Origin: Vicugna vicugna
Lineage: Eukaryota
Assembly: GCA_013265495.1 (NCBI GenBank)
Contig: MU058217.1
Location: 248,001-312,000 of the forward strand
DNA: 64,000 bases
Direction of reading: 5' to 3'
Positions 38,278 through 50,020 of the stretch are shown here, piece after piece. The notes under the pieces are model-generated. The model was not told where the DNA came from. It saw only the letters and a list, made by a program, of their open reading frames with translations, and did no database searches. A program made the translations under genes and the position numbers. Numbering within the stretch: position 1 is the stretch's first letter; each line of letters opens with the position of its first letter.

Positions 38278-38919
38278 CTTGCAGTACCTACCTCCAGGGT
38301 GGTGATGGAGGTGGGGTGAGTGACTGTATGTAAACTGATAAGAACATTCAGGCACATTGTGTCACGTTAAGTATTTCCTGCTGTGCTTGTAATGAACTGA
38401 AAATGAAGATGCCTCACCTGCCTCCAATGTTGGTGCGAGTGTTAAGTGAGATAATGTGCATCAGTGTTTACAGCAGAAACTTAACTTTCTCCCTTCATTG
38501 AATTTAAGCTCCCCCTGGGCAAGGCCTGTTTGTCTTGCTGGCTGCGATGGTTTCCCGGTCCAGAAGGGTGTCTGGAGCATAGGACATGCAACGGCAAGTG
38601 TTTGCTAGACAGATAAGTGGACGCACACAGTGTGTGCTGTGTTAGCCAGCATCTTGGCACGGGTGGTCCTGAGTCCCGGGTAATTCACACATTGTGCCAA
38701 CTTCGCTTGAGCTGCTGCTTCCATACTTTGGGGCAGAGATGGTGGCTCTGGCAGAAAATGCTGGATAATTGCCACAGAGAAGTTAAATAAGCACTTGGTT
38801 GTGTGGAGCAGAGAGAGCAGAATAGCAGGGGCTTGTCTGGTCTGTAGGAAGACGGGGGACCCCTGGGTGTGGGCACACGTGCACATGCCAGGTGCCACTA
38901 TGCCTCTGCTCAGCATTTT

Positions 38920-39631
38920 TAAAAAATTGAAGTATAGTTGATTTACAATGTTGTGTTACTTTCTGGTATGCAGCAGAGTGATTCAGTTATACATATATAC
39001 ATATACATGCTTTTTCATATTCTTTTTTATTATAGATTATTACAGGCTGTTGAATGTAGTTCCCTGTGCTGTACAGTAGGACCTTGTTTATTCTGTGTAT
39101 AGTAGTTTGTATCTGCTAATCTCACACTCCTAATTTATCCCCTCTTCCCCCTTTCATAACTGTAAGTTTATTTTCTATGTCTGAGTCTGTTTCTGTTTTC
39201 TAAATAAGTTCATTTGTATCACTTTTTTAGATTCCACATATAAGTGGTATCACATGATAGTTGTCTTTCTCTGTCTGGCTTACTCCCCTTAGTATGATCA
39301 TCTCTAGGTCCATCCATGCTGCTGTAGATGGCATTATTTGATTCTTTTTTATGGCTGAGTCATAGTCCATTGTATAAATATACCACAATTTCTTTATCCA
39401 ATCATCTGTCAGTGGACACTTAGGTTGCTTCCATGTCTTAGCTATTGTAAATAGTGCTGCGGTAAACATTGGGGTGCATGCATCTTTTTTGAATTAAGAG
39501 TTTCCTCTGGGTCTGTGCTCAGGAGTGGGATTGCTTGATCGTAGGCTAAGCTTATTTTCAGTTTTTAAAGGAATCTCCATACTGTTTTCCATAGTGGCTG
39601 CACCAAACTACCAACCGCATAGGGGGGTTCC
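38920..39631 (-). mobile_element. 5'-truncated L1 with ORF2 C-terminal remnant and 14-bp TSD
   Basis: ORF 39227-39469 (MFTAALFTIAKTWKQPKCP...WIKKLWYIYTM) is the L1 ORF2p C-terminus. TSD CTGCTCAGCATTTT at 38906-38919 and 39632-39645. Confidence 0.95.
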
Positions 39632-40488
39632 CTGCTCAGCATTTTGATGGAGGTGAGAGGGAGCAGGGACTCCTTTTGTCAGAATGACAAAAAGTGGTGT
39701 TAGTGGGCTCTGCCTGCCTTTCCTGACCCGGCAAATCACCACAAAACCACCGCTAAGTCACTCTCTGCTACCTCTTCCTGACCTGCTCTGGGAAGGCCAG
39801 CCAGCAGTGGCCCACGGGGCAGGGCGGAGGTTGTGTTTGCTGGGCCTGTCCTTTCTGAGTGGCCCCTGCTGCCTGCAGGGCTGGACAGGGCCTCCTGGGC
39901 AGCCGTCCCTTCCCTACGGTGTCCTGGTGGCCACAGGCCTCACCCATGTGGGGCTCCCTGGGCGCCCACAGGAGCCTGGGGGCTGGAGGGCATATGGTGT
40001 GGGGACCGAGATCTGCAGGGTCATTAGAAACCCTCATCGGCTGATGGTGGCTCCGCCCTCCTGGGGGAGGGAGGAGAGGGAACACGAGCAGCCCTGGCTT
40101 GCTAATTCAGGCACTTCTGTAACCAACAGCAACCCAGCAGCCAAGCCAAATTAGCCATGTTATTTGACATTATTTACATAAAGAGATTTAAAAGATCTGT
40201 GTCCACTGTGTTCATGTGCCTTCAGTGGGCAAGATGCATTTTATTTGTTTTTAAAGTCTGTGTATTTTTTGTGTGTGTGCGTATCAACAAGGAAACATTT
40301 GAGGATGATTCGGCCAGTTACAGAATCTACTTTAAAGTAGTTAACAGAATGGTTAATATTCCTCCTTAATTGTGAGTCAGAGCTTCTCTGTGATCTCCAG
40401 AAGTCCTACTGTTGGTCTCTCTGTGGAAAAGGACTTGGATCAGAGTCATGGGGAACCAGCTAAGACCCGGTCTGAGCGTTAGGCTGTA

Positions 40489-41209
40489 TCAGGGTGTCTC
40501 AACCTTGACATTGTCGGCATTTTGGGATGAACAGTTCTTTGCTGTGGGCAGGGGGTCCTGTTCATTGTAAGCTGTCTGGCAGCATCCCTGGCCTCTATTC
40601 ACTGGATGCCAGTGGTAGATACAAAAATGACCCCCCTCCCCGCAAAATGTCCACGTCCCTGGAACCTGTATGTTCAGTCACATGGCAAGAAGGAACTGAG
40701 GTTGCAGGTGGAATTAAGATTGCAAACAAGCTAACTTGGAGGTGAGGAGAGTATCTTGGATGAGCCAGGTGGGCCCAACGTAATCAAAAGGGTCCTTGTC
40801 AGTGGCAGAGGGAGACAGAAAAGAGAAGACCAGAGAGTTGGCAGCCTGAGGAAAACTCGGCCCACCGTTGCTGGCTTTGAAGACGGAGGAAGGGGCCATG
40901 AGCCAAGGAATGCAGGTGGCTTCTGGAAGCTGAAAGTTCAGTAAGACAAGGAAACAGATTCTTCCCTAGAGCCTCCACAAGGAACGCGGTCGTGCCGACA
41001 CCTTGATTTTAGCCCAGTGAGACCCACTGCTGAAATACGGAACTCTGAGGTAAGAAATTTGTGTCGCCTTAAGCCACTGAGTTTGTGGTAATTTGTTATA
41101 GCAGCAATAGGGAACTGATACGCTCGCCCATTGTGACAACCAGTAAATGTCTCCAGGCATTGCCAGATGTCCCCATGGGGCAAAATCACCCCTGGTTCAG
41201 AGACGCTGG
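40489..41209. mobile_element. MER20 (hAT-Charlie) split by an MLT1 LTR
   Basis: Left part: TCTCAACCTTGAC...GCAGCATCCCTGGCCTCTATTCACTGGATGCCAG. Right part: TTGTGACAACC...ATGTCTCCAGGCATTGCCAGATGTCCCC...CAAAATCACCCCTGGTT. Confidence 0.85.
40612..41121 (+). mobile_element. MaLR solo LTR (MLT1D-like)
   Basis: ATGTCCACGTCCCTGGAACCTGT...TTGCTGGCTTTGAAGACGGAGGAAGGGGCCATGAGCCAAGG...CAGCAATAGGGAACTGATAC. Confidence 0.9.
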
Positions 41210-42353
41210 CTATGGGGACCGCCATGCTATTTCCCTACAAACTGGGAGAGGAAAGAGTTTCTCTGCTCTGTGATGAGAGTGAGGCCAGGCGTGGGCGCAC
41301 CCAGCACGGTTCTCTCTGGGAGGAAGGAACCAGTGGTGTAAAAGCGGGTGGGGGCCACAGCTGCTCCCCTCAGCCCCTCCCCGGGGCTCCTGGACCTGTC
41401 GCGCGGTCATGAGTGGCAGAGTGCACTTGTGCCTGTTTGTACAGAGCTAGAAAAGCAGCTGAACTATCTTCAACTACATCATCAAAGAGAATGTAGGAAC
41501 TCAATAAACGTCAGCCAAAGTAGCATTGCTAGCGGCGTCCAGGGCAAGGTGGGCCAACACGTGGAGTGTTCCCCGCACTGTTTGTGGGCGTCGTGGGCAG
41601 AGAGGAGAGGCCGGGAGCCCAGCCTGCATGGGGGGCCACCCAGCCCGGGCTCTGGGCCAAACGCACAGCCCCCTGGTTTCTTCAACCCAACCTTGATGCT
41701 GTCATTCTGTTTACTTTGCTGACTGCGAAATCCACATGGTTCCGATTTCTTCTTTGTGATCTGTCGTCTCTGTGTGGCTTCGGAGCCAGAATCCATGTGA
41801 AGCGGCTTTGAAGTGGTTGTTCTGGGGTAAGTGGGATGTGGTGGTTTTTCAGGGTTCACGGGGGCAACCGTGAGGTCCCCATTTGATTCAAGCAGGGCTC
41901 TGGGAGTTGCGACTGGGAGGTGGACATTGCTTCCCAAGCACATTGGTTCCGGTCCTGGCGCAGGAGCCACGCTGGGTCAGAAGGGAGGAGACTTTGCAGA
42001 GCCTGCGGTGGGTGTGCGCAGCCAGGGCCCCTCCTTGGTCCTCAGCTTGGGTCATATGATGCCTCATTCCAGGCATCCCTGGCTGAGTCAACACGTGGTT
42101 CCATGTCACCTGCTGCCTCTGGGTGCAGCCCAGAGATGGAGCTGCGGCCTTTGGCTCCTCCTTGCAGGCAACAGCTGGCCGTGCTTGGGGGCAGAGGAAA
42201 GGCAGATGCAAGGAGAGAAGAAAAGAGAGGGACAGTCAGTGGGCAAGTAGGATATGGAGGAAGACATCGCCTGTATCTGTGCTTTTGATATTAAAGGGCC
42301 AGATCATTCCATGATGGGCTGGGCTTTGCTGGATCTAATTGGTGTGTGGAGGC

Positions 42354-42540
42354 CAGTGGTCCCCAGACTTCAACCTGCATTAGAAACACTCACCTGGAGG
42401 GCTTGTTAGAACAGACTACGGGGCCTCACCCCCAGAGTTCCTGCTTCAGGAGGGCCGCGGTGAGGCCTAGAAGTCTCTACTCGGAAACAAATTCCCAGGT
42501 GATGCTGATGCTGCTGGTCCGAGGCTGAGGGTCATTGGTC
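42354..42540. mobile_element. MER5A-like hAT relic
   Basis: CACCTGGAGGGCTTGTTAGAACAGAC...CCCCAGAGTTCCTG...CCCAGGTGATGCTGATGCTGCTGGTCC. Confidence 0.8.
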
Positions 42541-42617
42541 TAGAACCAGACGAGGGTCTTTATGATGAAACTGATGGTCCTCAGGACTTTACAGTTGATT
42601 GGTGATGACCTACCTCA

Positions 42618-42770
42618 CTTTTTTAATTGAAGTATAGTTGATTTACAGTATTAATTTCGGGTGTATAACATTAGTGATTCAATATTTCTGTAGATTATAT
42701 TTCACCTCAAGTTATTACAAAAGGATGACTCTGTTTTCCTCTGCTGTACAGTACATCCTTGTTGCTTGTG
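42618..42770 (-). mobile_element. Short L1 3' fragment
   Basis: TTTTAATTGAAGTATAGTTGATTTACA. Degenerate TSD ACCTCACTTTT/ACCCCACTTTT. Confidence 0.85.
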
Positions 42771-42834
42771 AGGACCCCACTTTTGATCTGAATAATCTCA
42801 TGAGGTGACAGCGTCATCATCGATGTTTGTGATT

Positions 42835-43735
42835 TTTTTTCACAGTCCTCTGAATTTTAACACATGCTATAGATTCGTGTAACCACCACCTCAACCCCGG
42901 TGGAGAGCAGTTCCATCACCCCAGGACCCTCCCTCATGCCTCCCTTTCCGTTCAGAGCCTCCCCCAACCTGCCCCTTCATCAACCATCCCCATAGTTTTG
43001 TCTTTTTTGAGAATGTTGACTAAATGGAATCGTACAGGAGGTAACCTTTTGAGACTGGCCTTTTTTTTTTAATGTCCTTATGTTGAATTATTTCGGCCAT
43101 TAGATGACAACAGTATTGGGTTGTCTTTCTTCCTCCCTCGCTTCCTCCCTCCCTTCCACGTTGACTGCCCACTGTGGACCAAGTGCCTCTGGGGAAACAC
43201 ACTGTCACCCAGATTTGGGTGACGGGGCCATCAGCGTGTTAATGGAGGTACTGGGGATTGAATACAGGACCTCATGCATGCTAAGCACGTGCTCTACCAC
43301 TGAGCTGTACCCTCCCCCATGAGACTGGCTTCTTAACATCGTATCTGTGAGATGGTTGCAGGTTGTGGCAATACATCAACAGTGTGTTCCTTTGTGTCTG
43401 TCCTGAGTATTCTATTGCATGGATGTACCACAGTTTGTTCCTCAGTCCCCGTTGAGATCTTTTGGGGTTATTACGGATAAAGCTGCTGTGAACGTTTGTG
43501 TATACGACTTTGTGTGGACCTGTATATTCGTTTCTTTTGGGTGTATATCTAGGAGTGGGACTGCTGGGTCGTATGGTCGGTGTGTTTAGCTTTATAGAAG
43601 ACCGCCAAACTGCTCTCCAGGGTGGCTGCACCATTTTGCATTCCCACCAGCAGTGGCTGAGATGGCCAGTTGCTCTGCATCCTGGCTAGCACCTGGTCCT
43701 GGTCAGTCTTTTACATTTTAGTCTTTCTGGATCAT
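42835..43735 (-). mobile_element. Old L1 (L1MC-like) interrupted by a chimeric SINE insertion
   Basis: GATTCGTGTAACCACCACC, TAAATGGAATCGTACAG and ATCTAGGAGTGGGACTGCTGGGTCGTATGG. ORF 43281-43634 is L1 ORF2-like. Confidence 0.85.
43061..43318 (-). mobile_element. Chimeric SINE retrocopy: tRNA-like head, 170 nt of unrelated sequence, poly(A), within one TSD
   Basis: Head 43241-43318, unrelated segment 43071-43240, T10 at 43061-43070. TSD TGAGACTGGC at 43050-43059 and 43320-43329. Confidence 0.85.
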
Positions 43736-44559
43736 GTCTGATTTTTAAATGTGTAAATGAGTCTCAGAAAGGCTCAGAGTTGTCCGAGGCCCCTGGCCTC
43801 TTGGTGGCTCCGTGAATAACTAGAATCCAGACCTTTTGACTTGATGGCTGTGAGCATTCTGGGTGGTGGCTGTGCCGAGCAGGTTATTTCACATGCCAGA
43901 CTAGAAACCGGTAGCTTCTGTGTGAGACTGGGGGCTCTGAAATATCAGGGCACCTGTGGCAGGGTAAAGGCATATGTCTAGGGACTAAGGAAACAAGGAA
44001 AGTAGAAACAGGAAGTGAGGCAAGAGAAAAGGTGCATATCCTCGACTCACAGAGGTGGGAGGCACTGGGCTCCTTCACCCCCTCATCCCTCCTTATTTTT
44101 AAATCGAGGCTCAGAGAGGGGAAGCAGCTGGCCAAATGTCACACAGCTCACTGGTGCCTCTTGACCCTTTGCATGTGACCCACAGTTGGCAGAAGCCACC
44201 TTGATTTCCAGAAGCATCGTGGGAGTATCCCTGGGGCCACAGGCTGCGTCCCCTTGGTGCTTGAGGAGTAGAGCTTCTGCAGGTTGATACACCTGGTCAA
44301 GATCACTATACTCCCTCGGTGTCTTGGACTCAGGTCTGTTCTGGGTGGGAGCTGGTTTCAGGAAGGAGCTTGTGCCGGGGGCCGTGGCCACAGCTGAAAC
44401 CAGAGCCAGTGACTTCATGGGGTGGAGGCTTATAGGGGACCAGGCCCTTCTCAGGGGTGGTCCCACCCACCCTCGCAGGGGAAACAGTGCAGCTGCCCTG
44501 GAAGGCGGTGGACATGCTTTCCCGATTGCAGAATACTTCTTTCATTTTGAATATCATTT

Positions 44560-44635
44560 GTTTGGTTGCCACAGCAACATCAAGTCTCTATTTTAATGCT
44601 AACCTGCGTGGCTGCAACTTTCTATATATAAATGC
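44560..44635. promoter_or_regulatory. Candidate regulatory site: X-box-like plus MEF2/TATA-like motif
   Basis: GTTGCCACAGCAAC at 44565-44578 and CTATATATAA at 44622-44631. Motif evidence only. Confidence 0.25.
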
Positions 44636-47329
44636 TGCTTTGCACAGTGAATTAGCTGATGCCACGGGGAAGCAGCGGATGTGGAGACGGTGGCAGAAAA
44701 TGACCAGCGGGTCAGCTTTGCAAGAGGAGGGACTGTGGGGCTGAGGTGAGTGGGCCCCCGGGCGGTGCGGGTTATCTTCTGGCCAGGTGCTCGAAGCTCA
44801 TTGGTGCAGGGAGAGAGCGAGGCAGCCACACCTGCCACACCTGTGGGAGTGGGGAAGCCCTCCTTGGATGGCCTCCTGCTGGGCTGGGGGCGGTGATACT
44901 TCTGTTTCCCCACGGATCTCCCCTCCTCATCCCTTCAGTGAGCCTGGGCCTCGGGAAACCAGAAGCTCTGGAGAGAAGAGCGAGCCACTGAGGCAAGGTG
45001 GTGTCAGGTGAGCTGAGGGCAGAGTAAATTTTCCTTGTTTCCTTTGACTTGGTTCCCCAGTCTGAATCTGTGCCTCCTCTGTTTTGCCTTTTCTCCTGTT
45101 GGGGCCAGATGACTCCACGTGGTACAGAGAGAGTGCTCAGGAAAAGCCCAAAAGGGACCTTGGGAATCGGCAGGTTCAGCTCCCTTGGCTCTAAATGAAG
45201 GAGAAGCCCAGAGAGGTGCACTCTGCCAGATGTCACACAGCCAGTCAGGGAGAGAGTGGGACGGGAACCAGGCGCCCAGAGATCTTCTGATGCAGCCATT
45301 CCTCTCATGGGGGTCAGGACGGCTGTGGGTGTACACACCAGACTTAGGGGGCTGCAGAGAGGGTGGTCCACTCAGGGGTGCTCCTTTCTCGTGTCACAAG
45401 TTGGGAGGCATGTAAGGAACCCAGGATTATATAACAGGAGTCGAAGCCATTAAGGCTTCCAGAAAGAGCATGTAAGTTAGAGTCTGGAAAACTGGGATTC
45501 ATGCAGATTCAGCCACTTCCCATGGGACAACTGTGTCCGCTTTCCTGGAGGCTCCATTTCCCTCCCTAAATGCTGGAATCCCTTCCCAGCCCTGTTGTGG
45601 AAGGTCACTGTCACAGCCGGCGTGAACCTGCGGGGAGCCAGAGCGGTTTGGAAACCGTGAGGCACCCTCGCGGCCCCGCCCGCCCACTGCCGGGAGCCCT
45701 CAGCAGCCGAGGGCTCCTCTGCAGATGGGGTTGTGCGGTGTGCCTCGAAGTGCAGTGCAATTTTATCTTTGTTTAGGAAGCCTCGTTCGGGTTTCCTCTT
45801 TAACAACAAACATTCTACAAATAACTTAAGTGCCCTGGATCCACAGACTTTCAAGGCTCCTTATTCTTGAGAAGGGAATATTCGTATAATTAGAATCTAG
45901 GTGCCTGTGAGTGGTATTTAGTCTGTGGGGCTGGGAGATTCAGAATTGGGAGCACGCACTCACCTCTGCCTGGGTGGATAAGAAAAGTGGAGTGAAGAAA
46001 TCCCTTATGGAAATTTATAATGAAAAATAAGTGTAAGGGGGGAGATTCTTAAAAAAGGGGATCGAGACCAGGTAAAGCAGTGTTTTCTGAACACGCCGTG
46101 TCTGTAATCCGTATTAACCAGCATGAAAACTAGAGTCGGAAAGCATCAGTGTGCATTGCACGTGGGAAAGCAAGTCCTGCTACGTGAAACTTGCTTCGTG
46201 TGGACTGAAATGTGCTTTTTCCTGTGGGTCAGACTTTTCAAAACAAAAGAATGGCAACTGCTGGCCTTGAGTGGTGACCCGACGAGCCTGAAGTCTCCTG
46301 TGGCTGGCTGGGGATTGCTTTTCCAAGGAAAAGCTGGAAGGAGAAAAGAAGGGTTCTCAGTGGGGGAGAGCCCACGCAAGCATTGTTTTGAGAAGCTGCT
46401 GGAGTGCAGCGTGCAGCCCAGACAGGGACCGGCAGGCCGGTTGGGGAGCATGAGGTCAGGGGATTGGAGGCAGCAGCCCCCCTCCCGGGGCCTGAGGTCA
46501 GAGCTCCCAGTGGGCAGATTGAGAAGGATGCCTGTGATTCTTGCGGTGGCTGCTGACTCACCCTGCGCGCTCCCCAGCGGCCCCAGAGCCCGCGTTCCCC
46601 CGCCCTGGAGCCCTGCAGGTGTGGATCCTTCGCTGCTCTCACGAGGGATGGACCCCGCTGTCCTCCCACCAGCACCGTGCTCCCAGGATGCTGGTTTCCG
46701 GCTGCTCAGTGCATGCAATCCTGCGGGAATCTCCCTGCTACCTGTGGCACCTGCGTATCTGACCTTTACACCCCGTGGACGTGCGTCTCGCCTCCCGAGG
46801 CTGCTGGGCCTGGCTCTCTTTCTCCTTGGTTCCTGCTCTGCGCACGGCTTTGCCTCTGACCACCCTCTCTGCCTCCCTGCCCCGCCAGTGGTGCGTGCCT
46901 GGCTCCTGAAGCTGTATCAGCTTCCTCCCTACCACCTCCCCTTCTGAACCTTCTCATCAGCTGTTGGGGGGCCACTTTTCCATAGACAGAGTAGAACAGA
47001 CTTTCCAGGGTCCCTTCTGGCCCCCACACCTTGTCCCATGCTTCCCTTCCGAGGAAGGTTGGACCCAGGCTGGGGTGCTCAGCTCTGGGTGGGATGGAGT
47101 TGGCCACAACTTTGCAGCCCTTGGGAAGTTCGCACTGATACCCCGGAAGCCGGCATGGAGCTCAGCCACCAGGAGACGCTGGTAGTAAGAGGTCTTAGCA
47201 AGAGGATGGTTAGTATGGGGTAAAAGTGCTAATTACACTCTTAGTCTAGGTGGATTGTGGTGTTCAGTTCTTTAAAACTAGGGCGCCCTCTCTTCAAATG
47301 ACTGCTTGTGTGGATACCCAACAATTAAA

Positions 47330-47755
47330 ACCAGGAGTTGCACACTGGTGGCCGATGGGAAAAGTCAAGTGCAAAACTCTGGGGGCTTTTGGTGGTGGTT
47401 TTGTTTTCGTTTTTGCCCATGGTTTCATTTAAAATTTTTTGAGTTGATTGCCAACATCTAAAAGTCAGTAAATTTCACATTAAAAATTCAGATTTCCAGC
47501 TTCTCTTGCAAAAATGAGTAGCTTTGGCGATGCTGAGCCCACCGTCCTCTGTGGCTCTAATATGGTGAATGGGTTTTTTTTTTTCCAGTTTGCCACAGTC
47601 CCCACCCATCTCTGCTGGTTGCCAGCCCTGAAAGCAGTAATGGATATTCATGTGATTTGTGATGTTTCTCTCATGAGTAGGGAAATGTGAAATAGCTCCT
47701 GTAGCCGTGTCTATGAGAAGAGGGAAGGGAAGAGGACCACAGTTTTCAAGATGTT
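47330..47755. mobile_element. hAT-Charlie relic (MER58/MER102-like)
   Basis: CAGGAGTTGCACACTGGTGGCC...AAATTTCACATTAAAAATTCAGATTTCCAGCTTCTCTTG. Confidence 0.6.
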
Positions 47756-47854
47756 AAGGTCTTTCTTTCTGAAAGTGAATCTCCTAAAGATTAATTTTTT
47801 AGAAATGGTGGTAGAATTAGACCAGGTGCCTTTTTTTTTTTCCTTTGGTTTTTC

Positions 47855-48032
47855 TGGTTCTCACAGTGTGATGCCTGAACCAGCAGCAGCAGCAGCACTT
47901 GGGATGTTGTTAGAAATGCAGATTGTTGGGTGCACCCCGCACACACTGGTTCTGAAACGTGGTGGTGGGTGGGGCCCAGCAGTCTGGGTCCTGCTGGCTC
48001 TTCGGATGCATCTGAAGGCTGAGAACCACTGC
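47855..48032. mobile_element. MER5A-like hAT relic
   Basis: GGTTCTCACAGTGTG...CCAGCAGCAGCAGCA...TGTTAGAAATGCAGATT...TGAGAACCACTG. Confidence 0.8.
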
Positions 48033-49809
48033 TCTGGGCCCAGAGCACGGGCAGGGTCCCATTAGTGTCACTTTCCATCCTTTTAAGACCTGGGGGCTGG
48101 GGAGGAAAATGGGGATCCCGAGCCGAGGAGAAGGAGTTAAGGGTTTCACCCTACATCACTCCAGGCGGCACCCTGTATGTGCTTCAAGGGCTGGAGGAAT
48201 CCTTCCGACTTACAAGGTCTCAGCAAATCCAGTCCCCTTTTTCCCAACCCACCCACCTGAGGGTCCCATTGGGGCGGCGGTGGTGGAGGAGTCCTGGTGC
48301 TTTTGACTGTCCTGGAGAGATAGATGGTCACTGGGCCCCCTTCCCAGGGGAGTGTCAGTGTGTGACCCCAGCAAACGAGGCCAGGGAGTGAATCCCACTG
48401 AGAGGGACCAGGCTGGCTGCACAAGCTCAGCAAAGATGACCAGGCATTCTTGGGCTGGGAGTCCCTAGGGGGAAATAATATACCAGCTCTTTAAACACTT
48501 GGAAGTAAGAGCCAATCACCTATGAACGTACCAGTTCTAATTCGGTAACTCAGACTGCTGTGGCCCTAGAGGGTCACTTGGCTTCTGTCCACTTGCTCTC
48601 TGGCTAAAGGCTTTAGTGACTTCACCGGACATTAAAGTGAGCCAAGAGAGTACGTTTTTCCCAAGTATATTTACTTGGAGGTTGAACCCCACTTCGTTAG
48701 TGGGCTAACAGTCCTACCCGGAGACTGAAAGAACTCCATTGATTCAGTATTTGTTGGGTGTATTTTCTGTGTTTGGGGACAGATTTGAGTCAGACACTGT
48801 TTGTGTTCTCAGGGAGCTCAGGTAAGCGGTGGGGTGAGGACCACTCATCATTGGCCCCTGAACAAGAGGGGCCATGAAGGTGGGGAGTGGACCATTCCAG
48901 GGGAAAGGGCGTGGGGCTTGTGGAGTGTCTGGGTCTCCCAGGAGACAGCAAGCAGTGAGGAGCCTGGCCCCTCAGACAGAGCAGGATGGATCCCCGACCC
49001 AGCTGGAGTGTTGAACCCAGGCTGAGCCTCGATATCCGGGGAGACTCCGGGTATGGCCTGGGGTCAGGAGGAAATGCGTCAGCCTTGGAGACGGGACACT
49101 GGGCTCAAACCGGTCTCTATGTCTGGTTACTTGTAAGACCTTGGATAAGACCTGGGTTTATTTGATTATAAAATGAAAATAAAGCTCTCCCAGGATTCTT
49201 GTAAAGGTCAGATAAGCTACAATAGATACAAGTTACTCAACCACAACAGACAGCACTTCATCAAGGAAGAACCACAGGAAAGAACTAAGAGCGGATCAAC
49301 TTCGGTGGAAAAAAACCCTGACCCTTTGTCCTTCTTATTATGCACCTGTCTCATTAGGAGCTTGAAATCGGGGTTGGGAGCATTCTACTGGGGTGTCCTT
49401 GCTGATGGCAATAGTTCAAATGAAGGCATAACAAAGGCTGCTTTTTGAAGACTGGTCTTGCATTGGTTGACTCACAGCTCTTGTCTTTCTCAGCCTGGTT
49501 TGCTGGGGTCACCAGCTCCCCAGCAGCCCCAGTGGATGTGGGTGTTCTCGGCTGCATGGGTTTTACTGGCTCCTTCTGACGGTCCCTGAAATCCCCGTCT
49601 TGCCTGCCAAGCGTGCTGACTCCATCTCACGTGCTGTTCCTCGTTCTCCTTCGCTGGCGTGGTCTGTGTCAGGAAGGGCAGAAGGTGTCGCTCCGAGAGG
49701 TTAGCCCGCAGGTCGTGCAGCTGGAGTGACTCAGCGTTGGTGACCTCAGCTGATGGGTTTCCTAAAGGTCGCTCAGTGATCTAACAGGGCTGGGACGGTA
49801 CGGGGCATA

Positions 49810-50020
49810 GCTAATACTGACGGAGTTTTCTTCCATCGTTGTGGCCCTCTTATTTAGTCTTGGCAAGAATTCTGTGCATTGGTGGTGGTGTTTCCATTTT
49901 TACACGTGGAAGAGAAAAAAAGACAGGTTCAAAGAGGTGACGTGACTTGCCTGAGGTTGTATGGCTGGCAAGGGGTGGAACCTGCCCTTGAACTTCCTCT
50001 CCCCGGGCGGAAGGTTAGAC
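49810..50020 (-). mobile_element. MIR
   Basis: CCATTTTTACACGTGG...GGTTCAAAGAGGTGACGTGACTTGCCTGAGGT. Confidence 0.65.

Noticed and set aside
39227..39469. Real-looking 80 aa protein
   Set aside because: It is the L1 ORF2p C-terminal remnant of a 5'-truncated insertion, not a host gene.
41445..41548. Candidate exon ELEKQLNYLQLHHQRECRNSINVSQSSIASGVQGK
   Set aside because: Contains GTAGGAACTCAATAAACGTCAGC, a MIR/L2 terminal motif. The polypyrimidine tract is weak and the peptide is not recognised.
46123..46947. 274 aa ORF with overlapping antisense ORFs
   Set aside because: No recognisable domain. Open frames on both strands are explained by GC content.
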